Shown here piece by piece: positions 36,898-44,421 of a stretch of DNA of 64,000 nucleotides. This DNA is from Candidatus Nomurabacteria bacterium (lineage in GTDB: Bacteria > Patescibacteriota > Patescibacteriia > HK-STAS-PATE-3), in assembly GCA_023898465.1 (NCBI GenBank), contig CP060223.1, positions 544,001-608,000 of the forward strand, written 5' to 3'. The notes under the pieces are model-generated. The model had not been told where the DNA came from, made no database searches, and saw only the letters and a program-made list of their open reading frames with translations. Each line of letters starts with the position of its first letter. Positions within the stretch are counted from its first letter, which is position 1. A program made the position numbers and the translations under genes.

Positions 36898-38268
36898 TTA
36901 TGACCTCAGCCACTCTCTCCCCTGTCGTACGAGCAGCTCTTCTGCTTCCTCGGGGTCCTGGAGAAGCTCACGTACCACGCGCTCAAGTCGCACTGATTGC
37001 GAACCCTTCACCAATACGATGTCATGCAGACCTACTACCGAGCGGAGAAAAACCACTGCAGCTTTTGCGTCGGGAAACTCGTGCACTTCCTCCTCAGGAA
37101 AACCTGCTTCACGTGCTGCAGCTGCGATCTTGGCACCCAGCTTGCCAACGGTCACGAGAATATCGGCATGTCCTTTTACCGTCTTTCCAATTTCAGCATG
37201 TGCGTCATCAGTGTATTCCCCCAGCTCAGCCATATCACCTAACACCACAATACGGCGGAAAAAAGTAGCGGATTCAATGGTCTCAGATTTTTTTAATGGT
37301 CCAGTTGTAAGGTGATGTCGCAAATCCTTGGACAAATCACTGATCAACTGAAGTGCCGCAGTCACTGCACGTGGCGAGGCATTATATGAATCATCAATCA
37401 GGAGAGAACGCTTCTGACCTTTGAGTAAACGAGTGCGGCCACGTGGCGGGACGAAATGACGAAAGGCCTCAGCGATGTCGCGCAGATCCATACCATAGGC
37501 AAGTGCCACGCATGTTGCAGCTAGGGCGCTGGAAATAATTGCCTGCCCTACACTTCCTCGCAGCTCCAATGTTGCACTCTTATCCTCAAAATGTACTACG
37601 CAGCGCATGCCCTCGATGCTGGGAAACGCTTCAAATGATTCCTGCTTCCCATACAAGAAACCTACCTCGGTTGCCTGAACGTCAGCTTCTGCGTGAATGC
37701 CATAGCTCAGCACCCGCGACTTGGTCAGTTTATGAAATTCTAAGACTCGCTCATCATCTGCATTGAGAATGGTGTAGCCATCATCTTCTGTGCTTTTTGC
37801 CAGGACCGACTTTTCCTCTGCTACCTTCTCAACTGATCCAAAAAATTCCGTGTGCACTGGAGCAACTGCGGTGACAACACTTACCCGTGGTCGCGCAATG
37901 CTACAGAGATAGCTAATATCGCCCGGATGATCAGCGCCCATTTCTAGTATCAAGACTTCAGGGAAAGGACGACGTTGCAAAAGTAGCTTTGTCGCTTTGA
38001 TAAAAATTCCTAGCCAGGCAAAAGGGTTCCGACCGCCGCTCTTCGCGTCAATAATCGCCAGAGGTAAGCCAAGCTCGTTATTCAAGTTACCCTGACTCCG
38101 TCGCACCGCAAAAGCCCCGCTCATGACAGTGAAAATTGCTTCTTTGGTACTGGTTTTTCCAACGCTGCCCGTAATCGCCACCACATCGGGTTGATACTTA
38201 GCTAGGATTTTCCGTGCATACCAGGCTAGGATGCGCTGCACATACTGCTGGAGCTTTGAGATAGACAT
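36898..38268 (-). CDS. murF: UDP-N-acetylmuramoyl-tripeptide--D-alanyl-D-alanine ligase MurF.
   Basis: Mur ligase P-loop ITGSVGKTSTKE, DDSYNASP motif, C-terminal domain. Confidence 0.85.
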   Translation of the reverse strand: MSISKLQQYVQRILAWYARKILAKYQPDVVAITGSVGKTSTKEAIFTVMSGAFAVRRSQGNLNNELGLPLAIIDAKSGGRNPFAWLGIFIKATKLLLQRRPFPEVLILEMGADHPGDISYLCSIARPRVSVVTAVAPVHTEFFGSVEKVAEEKSVLAKSTEDDGYTILNADDERVLEFHKLTKSRVLSYGIHAEADVQATEVGFLYGKQESFEAFPSIEGMRCVVHFEDKSATLELRGSVGQAIISSALAATCVALAYGMDLRDIAEAFRHFVPPRGRTRLLKGQKRSLLIDDSYNASPRAVTAALQLISDLSKDLRHHLTTGPLKKSETIESATFFRRIVVLGDMAELGEYTDDAHAEIGKTVKGHADILVTVGKLGAKIAAAAREAGFPEEEVHEFPDAKAAVVFLRSVVGLHDIVLVKGSQSVRLERVVRELLQDPEEAEELLVRQGREWLRS

Positions 38269-38388
38269 ATAGAGTAGTATAGCATTATCACCCTAGCGAT
38301 AAATGCACATCTTGACAATTCTCAGGAAAATATATAGTATACGGCCGAAAACCAAAAAAAGAATACGCTCTCTTCTACTCCCCCGGCG

Positions 38389-38430
38389 GGCCTCCAGACT
38401 ACTTCTCTGGAGGCCCCCTTTCTTTATTCT
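38389..38430 (+). terminator. Plus-oriented stem-loop GGCCTCCAGA-N7-TCTGGAGGCC followed by CCCTTTCTTTATTCTTT. Terminator-like, transcript unknown.
   Basis: 10-bp perfect stem at 38389-38415 and a T-rich tail, read directly. Confidence 0.35.
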
Positions 38431-38453
38431 TTACTAAAAAGACTTTGCATGGT

Positions 38454-38670
38454 TTGACAGTAAAAAAGTGAAAGGTATAAGCTGACAACGGAAACGGCCC
38501 GGACGTGTGGAGATGCTTCAAGATAGGGGTCGTAGTCCATGCCCAAAAATCGCACATTCGCATGGAGGAGGGGTAGAGGGTAATTCAGAAGCCGTCCGGG
38601 CACTTTGCCGGATCGTGAACCCTCCAGTCGGAGCCTCGGAATCGGTGTGCGTGATTGCCGGGGCTTTTTT
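38454..38670 (+). ncRNA. Candidate sRNA A: TTGACA-N16-TATAAG promoter, about 180-nt GC-rich structured body, GCCGGGGC plus TTTTTT terminator.
   Basis: Promoter at 38454-38481. Long-range pairing GCCCGGACG/CGTCCGGGC and CCATGC/GCATGG. T6 at 38665-38670. The overlapping ORFs 38424..38798 and 38507..38740 look non-protein-like. Confidence 0.3.
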
Positions 38671-38671
38671 A

Positions 38672-38878
38672 TTGACAAAAAATTTCCATTTGTTACTATG
38701 GCTGCATCGCACCTTCCCGCTCCTTTTTTCAACTTCCTAGCAGCTGATTCAGCTGCATTCGCGTTCGCTCTACGGACTTCCCCTTTCTCTGTTCTCACTG
38801 CTCCCTCCTGTCTTCCGTGTTCTGGCTTCGCGTCTCGTTCTCCCAGCCAGGTGCAACATTGTACCTGGCTTTCTTTTT
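38672..38878 (+). ncRNA. Candidate sRNA B: TTGACA-N16-TACTAT promoter, about 170-nt C/U-rich body, GCCAGGT-N10-ACCTGGC plus TTTCTTTTT terminator.
   Basis: Promoter at 38672-38699 and terminator at 38846-38878. Internal GCAGCTG-att-CAGCTGC hairpin. CU-rich tracts (CCTTCCCGCTCC, CTCCCTCCTGTCTTCC). Confidence 0.3.
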
Positions 38879-39410
38879 AAAAATCTACAGCAGCCAAATA
38901 TCTCGCTGTATTCACATTTCGTACAGTCATGTACTTATACAGCTTTGACCCAATCACTTTACTCAACTGACTTTTATTCAGGTTCTCTTTTTTTACGTGC
39001 CAGACAATCGCACCTTTTATATAACGCAAGTCCATATACTCTTTTTTCATTGGTAACTCATCAAGAGTTTTCTTATCATCAACTTCAGGGAAAAGGAAAG
39101 CTACATCGGTCTTTTGTGTCTGATGATCGTTCTGCCAAGTCTGAGGAATTGCTGCCACGATTTTCTTCACCTCAGCTTGTGTCTTGATTAACACGGGGAT
39201 AGGAAAGCCAAATTCATTTACTAGGGCTTTTGTCAGCGCTGACTGAATATCCTTACTCTTCCCTTTTGCATTAAAAAGAATGTTGCCAGAATTTATGTAA
39301 GTTGAAACATCCGTGTAACCCAAACTCCCACACAACTCCTTGAGTCGCTTCATTTCTACTTTGTTATTCCCGCCAACATTAATGCCGCGGAGGAGGGCTA
39401 TGTATCTCAT
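38877..39410 (-). CDS. DUF1697 family protein.
   Basis: MRYIALLRGINVGGNNKVEMKRLKELCGSLGYTDVSTYINSGNILF is a canonical DUF1697 N-terminus. AT-richer than the flanks. Confidence 0.8.
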   Translation of the reverse strand: MRYIALLRGINVGGNNKVEMKRLKELCGSLGYTDVSTYINSGNILFNAKGKSKDIQSALTKALVNEFGFPIPVLIKTQAEVKKIVAAIPQTWQNDHQTQKTDVAFLFPEVDDKKTLDELPMKKEYMDLRYIKGAIVWHVKKENLNKSQLSKVIGSKLYKYMTVRNVNTARYLAAVDF

Positions 39411-39973
39411 TGATTGATCACCAAAAACTTCTGCTCAGGAATTTTAAGAATTTCGCACGGCTCTCCAAAACTCTCAAGACCTTCAAGCTTATCTTGTTTG
39501 TCTTCCGACCAATGGACAAACACTTTCACATTTAAGATCCCCAAACCTTGGTGAAATTTCTGACTATCAACATGATAAAAATATCGCGATAACATTTGCG
39601 CCCCAGCGGATGATCCTGCTACTGTTTTTCCCTGCCACAACTCTACCAGCATAGGCACCTTCCGCATATGTTCCAAAAGTACTAATGTCTCACCGCCAAT
39701 AGTATAAATTGCATCAGCGTTCTTAATCTGCTCAATAAAAGTCTGTGTATTCTCGGACGCCATAACAAAGTGTATAGATTTCTCCAGAGCAACTACAGAA
39801 AATCGTTCTTTGGTTAAATCAAAAAATTCTTTCCAGAGGCTTTTATCACGTGCAAAGGGAATAAACAACACAGTAGGCTCGCTCGGTACATCCTTTAAAA
39901 TTTCCTGCACGTAAGCTCGATTATCTACAGTATCATATTTTAGCGCACCACCGTGCAGTATATATTTTGTCAT
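39407..39973 (-). CDS. Peptidase S51 (peptidase E / cyanophycinase-like, class-I glutamine-amidotransferase-like) family protein.
   Basis: GKTVAGSSAGAQML is a GxSAG nucleophile elbow in the expected position. 4-bp overlap with the DUF1697 gene. Confidence 0.6.
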   Translation of the reverse strand: MTKYILHGGALKYDTVDNRAYVQEILKDVPSEPTVLFIPFARDKSLWKEFFDLTKERFSVVALEKSIHFVMASENTQTFIEQIKNADAIYTIGGETLVLLEHMRKVPMLVELWQGKTVAGSSAGAQMLSRYFYHVDSQKFHQGLGILNVKVFVHWSEDKQDKLEGLESFGEPCEILKIPEQKFLVINQ

Positions 39974-39993
39974 ACGTTAAACCTTTTCGACAT

Positions 39994-40512
39994 TTATTTT
40001 CTCCCGACATTCTCATCCATGTCTTTGCCTCCAATAAAAGACAAAACATCAAAATCAGGATCAAGCAACTTTACTAAATCAAGGTCAGGACGATTCATTA
40101 TTTCCACGCCTGGCATTTTTTCACCTCTAGACAACGCCTTTTTTAGTTCTTCAAATTCCTCTTTATCCAAGACAAAATCAACATCGCCCACCTCGGTGTG
40201 CTGATCTGGTTTACGAATATAGAGATAGGTATAGGTGGTCTCCGGAATATCACCTTGGGCAGGAATAACAATGGGCTCATGGAGACGATAATATTTTTGA
40301 TTCCAATTATCAGATTCTTTTGTCAGCTCCTGGCGAACTTTTGTGAGATAGCTATACTCGTCATCGTCATGGCAAAATATTCCGAGATTACCTGCCACTG
40401 GTAAATATCTGCCAAAATTTTTTTTACATAACTCAAAACACTTAAGGTGAGTATATGTTATCGCTTGTATCAATTGCTCTTTGTCTTGGATTGGACTAAA
40501 TCGATACTGCAT
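39994..40512 (-). CDS. Hypothetical protein.
   Basis: Intact ORF, AT-richer composition. No motif recognised. Confidence 0.5.
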   Translation of the reverse strand: MQYRFSPIQDKEQLIQAITYTHLKCFELCKKNFGRYLPVAGNLGIFCHDDDEYSYLTKVRQELTKESDNWNQKYYRLHEPIVIPAQGDIPETTYTYLYIRKPDQHTEVGDVDFVLDKEEFEELKKALSRGEKMPGVEIMNRPDLDLVKLLDPDFDVLSFIGGKDMDENVGRK

Positions 40513-40578
40513 GATTTCTGCTATAGAACTTCCTTTACAATACGCAGCTGAAGATGGCCATCTTCAGCTGCGGTTGAG

Positions 40579-42336
40579 TTACTCCCCAACTACACTCGGC
40601 GGAACTTCGAAGTAATTCAAGAGGAACTTCGCAATATCGCCGAATAAAGGCGCAGCAGTGCTCTCGGCAAATTTCACGTCCTTAGGATCCACAATCTTGG
40701 TCACCATGACAAACTTCGGGTCCTCGACCGGACCGAAACCGGCGAAGGAGCCAATGGTGCGATTAGGATCATAGCCCGGACCGTCAGTGCGTGGAATCTG
40801 CGCCGTACCTGTTTTACCGGCAATGTAATATCCTGGCACAGCCGCTCTCGTACCGTGACCATTCTTCACTACATTTACGAGCATGGCTGATACTGTGGTT
40901 GAGGTTTTTGGATCCAACACTTGTCGTACAGCTGTGGGGTGAGTTTTCACATGGAAGTCATTTGGCTTCACAATTTCATCAACGATGTATGGTTTATACA
41001 AAGTTCCCCCATTTGCAATAGCTGCATAGGCCGCGGCCAGCTGCAAAGGCGTGGCGGTGATACCTTGACCAAAAGAAGCGGTGTCAACGTAAATGTCACG
41101 TCCGCTGGCCAGCTCTCCGAGATTACCAGCCGACTCATTACCAAGCTCAACACCAGTCTGCTCACCAAAACCAAAGCGCTTCACATAGTCATAAAAAACG
41201 TCGTTCCCGGCCTGTTGCGCAGCAAAAATTGCTCCGGTGTTTAGAGATTTTTCCAACACCTCGGTCATTGTTTGCGTACCGTATGTTTTATCGTCGGAAT
41301 TCCGAATCGTGAAGCCGCCAACCTCTACACTTCCTTCATCAACATAAGTGGTTTCCGGTGTAACCTTGCCAGTATCAACCGCGGTCGCCATGGTAATGGG
41401 CTTGAAAATCGATCCAGGCTCATAAGGACTAATGGCCGGATTAAGAAAAACATCCAAGTCAGTCACCTCGTTGTAATGATTCGGATCAAAGTCAGGATAA
41501 CCGCACATGGCCAATATGGCACCGCTATCTGGATCAAGTATAACCACCGCCCCACTCTCAGCCCCGTGCTTCAGTACGGCTTCTTGAAGCTTCGTGCACA
41601 CAGTGTATTCCAGGGTACGGTCAATGGTAAGGATGAGATCATCACCATCTTTAGCATCTTGGATAAATCGATCGCCGACGGTAATCCAACGACCGGCCGC
41701 GTCGCGCTCAGCTTGCAAATAACCCTGTTGACCAGCCAGCTCTTCATCAAAATAACCTTCCAGTCCATACTGTCCTTTTTTCACATCCTCTGACATGCCA
41801 AGGAAACCAAGGATTTGGCTGGCCAGACTTCCCTCTGGATAAAGGCGTCCCTTTTCACTAATGAAAGAGATGCCATCAATCTCTAATGCCTCAATTTTTT
41901 CTTTGGTAGCAACGCTTATATTATGCTCAATCGGTTCATAGACATCGTCGCTTTTTGATAATCGAGCAAGTAATGTTTCTTTATCAAGCGTGATGAAACT
42001 TTCAAGCTTTTCGGTCACATCCTCCGGATCTTCAATTCGCTTTGGCACAGCATATACTAGGAAGCGTTCCTCATTGGTAGCCAGTGGAAAAAGCTGCCCA
42101 TCTGAATAGCGATCGTGCGCGTAAATTTCTCCACGATCTGGTAAAAGCCGTTGCTCAATTTCGTGCTGACCAGAGGCCAGCGCTTCGTAGAACCCGTGCG
42201 CTAAAACCTGCAGCGTGAATAGACGAACTACTAAAATACTCGAAAAGCCAAATAACAAAATAAGCAGCACGGTGAGACGATCAAGTCGCCATCTTGGCTG
42301 CTGTTGTCGTGGTCGATTGCGTCCGTACCGCGTCAT
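40579..42336 (-). CDS. ftsI: Penicillin-binding protein 2/FtsI (class B PBP, septal transpeptidase).
   Basis: N-terminal TM, dimerisation domain, transpeptidase motifs SIFK (SxxK), SLN (SxN), KTGT (KTG). Confidence 0.85.
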   Translation of the reverse strand: MTRYGRNRPRQQQPRWRLDRLTVLLILLFGFSSILVVRLFTLQVLAHGFYEALASGQHEIEQRLLPDRGEIYAHDRYSDGQLFPLATNEERFLVYAVPKRIEDPEDVTEKLESFITLDKETLLARLSKSDDVYEPIEHNISVATKEKIEALEIDGISFISEKGRLYPEGSLASQILGFLGMSEDVKKGQYGLEGYFDEELAGQQGYLQAERDAAGRWITVGDRFIQDAKDGDDLILTIDRTLEYTVCTKLQEAVLKHGAESGAVVILDPDSGAILAMCGYPDFDPNHYNEVTDLDVFLNPAISPYEPGSIFKPITMATAVDTGKVTPETTYVDEGSVEVGGFTIRNSDDKTYGTQTMTEVLEKSLNTGAIFAAQQAGNDVFYDYVKRFGFGEQTGVELGNESAGNLGELASGRDIYVDTASFGQGITATPLQLAAAYAAIANGGTLYKPYIVDEIVKPNDFHVKTHPTAVRQVLDPKTSTTVSAMLVNVVKNGHGTRAAVPGYYIAGKTGTAQIPRTDGPGYDPNRTIGSFAGFGPVEDPKFVMVTKIVDPKDVKFAESTAAPLFGDIAKFLLNYFEVPPSVVGE

Positions 42337-42348
42337 AGCACCTAGGCT

Positions 42349-42708
42349 TTAACGACGGGCAAAGGCGGAATCGGTCGGACTAAGATATTCAATATGCGCC
42401 ACTTCGGTTAAGCCGAGCTGGCCACTTGCTTCCTGGACTGCACTCAGAGATTGCAGCTCAGTCGCCTCTACTTCCAGGCGACGATTTTCTTTACGCAACT
42501 CATCTACTCGATTTTCCAGCGTCTTGATTTCGAAACCAGTTGTCGCCACATTGTTAATCAACGCTAAATAGGCTCCCCCACCAATCACTGCGAGCGTCAC
42601 CGTTAACACGGTAATTGCAGTGAGGCGCAGCTTCAATGTACGAAGCAGCGTACCTGCTAAGCGTTGAGAAATGGTGCTTTGTTGAGTTGTGCGATCGTAA
42701 TAGGTCAT
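42349..42708 (-). CDS. ftsL: FtsL/DivIC-like cell-division protein (single TM plus coiled coil).
   Basis: TM helix LTAITVLTVTLAVIGGGAYLALI followed by a leucine-zipper-like ENRVDELRKENRRLEVEATELQ. Positioned between rsmH and ftsI. Confidence 0.6.
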   Translation of the reverse strand: MTYYDRTTQQSTISQRLAGTLLRTLKLRLTAITVLTVTLAVIGGGAYLALINNVATTGFEIKTLENRVDELRKENRRLEVEATELQSLSAVQEASGQLGLTEVAHIEYLSPTDSAFARR

Positions 42709-43658
42709 TGGATTTTTTCTGCTACTCGGAGTTTAGCGCTCCTGGAACGTGAATTGTGCGCAATCTCATCCTGACCCGGCACGACTGGTTTCTTGGTCAG
42801 CACCTGCAATGAAGCATGGTGATTGCACGTGCAGACCGGTTGTTGGGCAGGACAGATGCAGTCTGTTGATTCGCGCCGGAAGAAACGCTTCACGATCCTA
42901 TCCTCTAGCGAGTGATAACTGAGGACCGCGATGCGACCGCCGGGTTGAAGCAAGTGAACTACTTCTGGTAAAACGCGCGCGAGGACGTCGAGCTCGTCAT
43001 TGACTTTAATGCGAAGCGCTTGGAAGACTTGCGTCGCAGGGTGAATGCGCGATCGCCCTCGCTTGGGTTTTACCTTATCTATACAGGCGACAAGTTGTGG
43101 AATGTGCGTGAAGGGATTTTTTTGACGCTCGGTAACGATTGCTCGAGCAATGCGACCAGCTGCTGACTCTTCCCCGTACTCTTTGAATATTTTTTTTAGC
43201 TCTTGCTCAGATGCGGTATTGAGGATATCGGCAGCCGTTGCTTGTGCGCTGGTCGGATCAAAGCGGAAATCGAGAGGCGCGGAACTTAGAAAGGAAAATC
43301 TTGATGCGAGAGCTTCGATTGCCAGTGAAGAGAGACCAAGGTCCAATAGAACACCGCGTAGTTGAATATCTGGGAATTGTTCATGGATGCGCTGTGCTGC
43401 GTGAACAAAATTATCATGCAGGAGATGAGTGCGCTGGCTATACTTCTGTAAACGCGCCTTGGCTATATCCAGTGTGACTGGATCCGCCTCTACTCCAATG
43501 AGTATTCCCTTTGGAGCTGTGCGCTCAAGCATTGCTTCAGCGTGCCCTCCCCCACCTAGAGTCAGATCAAGCACCGTATCGCCTGAACCTAGGTTGAGGA
43601 GCGCTAATGTTTCGTTGAGAAGAACAGGAATGTGTCCGCGGCCGGATTGGGCAGGCAT
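42705..43658 (-). CDS. rsmH: 16S rRNA (cytosine1402-N4)-methyltransferase RsmH (MraW).
   Basis: HIPVLLNETLALL...DLTLGGGGHAEAM SAM-binding signature. Upstream ORF residues are an extension artefact. Confidence 0.85.
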   Translation of the reverse strand: MPAQSGRGHIPVLLNETLALLNLGSGDTVLDLTLGGGGHAEAMLERTAPKGILIGVEADPVTLDIAKARLQKYSQRTHLLHDNFVHAAQRIHEQFPDIQLRGVLLDLGLSSLAIEALASRFSFLSSAPLDFRFDPTSAQATAADILNTASEQELKKIFKEYGEESAAGRIARAIVTERQKNPFTHIPQLVACIDKVKPKRGRSRIHPATQVFQALRIKVNDELDVLARVLPEVVHLLQPGGRIAVLSYHSLEDRIVKRFFRRESTDCICPAQQPVCTCNHHASLQVLTKKPVVPGQDEIAHNSRSRSAKLRVAEKIQ

Positions 43659-43659
43659 C

Positions 43660-44103
43660 TTAGACACCGATTTCACCAAGCGCCTCGGCAATATCACCGC
43701 TGGACTTCTCGGTTTTGGTCTTATAAGCGGCCCAAGCAGTTTCATCCCAGAGTTCCAGGCGGTTGTACAAGCCAGCTACCACTACCTTCTTCTTCATAGT
43801 GGCGTACTTGCGCAAGTAATCAGGCAACATGATGCGCCCCTGCTTATCAATCTCCACATCCATGGCCCCAGCCAGCATTAAGCGTGAAAAAGCGCGGGTG
43901 TTTGCTTGAGCAATTGGCAAATTCGCTAACTTGTCAGCTAACTTCTCCCACTCTTGTTGTGGATACAAGAAAAGACAGTTGTCCAAGCCTCGGGTGACGA
44001 CTGCCCCTTTGCTGAGTGCTTCACGGAATTTTCGAGGTACTGCGAGGCGACCTTTTTCATCAATCGCGTGGTAGTACTCTCCGATAAACATGCTGGTGGT
44101 CAT
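43660..44103 (-). CDS. mraZ: Transcriptional regulator MraZ.
   Basis: MFIGEYYHAIDEKGRLAVPRKFRE... with duplicated SpoVT/AbrB-like halves. The start may be 44091. Confidence 0.85.
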   Translation of the reverse strand: MTTSMFIGEYYHAIDEKGRLAVPRKFREALSKGAVVTRGLDNCLFLYPQQEWEKLADKLANLPIAQANTRAFSRLMLAGAMDVEIDKQGRIMLPDYLRKYATMKKKVVVAGLYNRLELWDETAWAAYKTKTEKSSGDIAEALGEIGV

Positions 44104-44118
44104 TTCTGGCTTTTTTCG

Positions 44119-44159
44119 TTATCCACATTAGGGAAGGGTTATCCCCACATTTATCCACT
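44119..44159. promoter_or_regulatory. Three direct repeats TTATCCACA / TTATCCCCA / TTATCCACT (DnaA-box consensus; GTGG[AG] on the mraZ strand) immediately upstream of mraZ. Candidate MraZ operator and/or DnaA sites.
   Basis: Boxes at 44119-44127, 44139-44147 and 44151-44159, read directly. Period 10-11 bp with one skipped unit. Confidence 0.5.
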
Positions 44160-44421
44160 TCTCACCCTTCTTTAACCATTTTACCCCACTTCCTGGTTTT
44201 CGTCAACCACTTTAAAAACCACAAGAATTAGGCGTATTGGTCAAGAAAATGGTGAAATAGCACAATTTCAAGAAATAACGTTACACTTAGGCACTTCCCC
44301 ACTTCGACCTCAGGAAGATGTACGTCAAAAATGACAAACTTGACCTTTTGCTGAGCCTTTGTAAACTGCCGACACTAAGGAATTCTTTGCACTTTCACAA
44401 TCTACTAGGAGGAGAGCGACA

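Noticed and set aside
38424-38880. Protein-coding interpretation of ORFs 38424..38798 (-), 38507..38740 (+) and 38605..38880 (+).
   Set aside because: The translations are R/A/P/S-rich with no hydrophobic periodicity or motifs. The region instead has two promoter/terminator pairs on the plus strand, and I favour ncRNA.
44119-44159. Calling the DnaA-box cluster a chromosomal origin (oriC).
   Set aside because: No dnaA or dnaN gene, no obvious AT-rich unwinding element, and the boxes sit exactly where MraZ operator repeats are expected. Reported as regulatory repeats only.
44104-44421. Possible glmS ribozyme in the glmS 5' region.
   Set aside because: None of the conserved core elements I recall (for example GACGAGGAUGGAGG, the GCGCC[AC]GAACU-type P1 region) are present. 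The region is instead dominated by the mraZ-proximal repeats and a plausible promoter plus SD.
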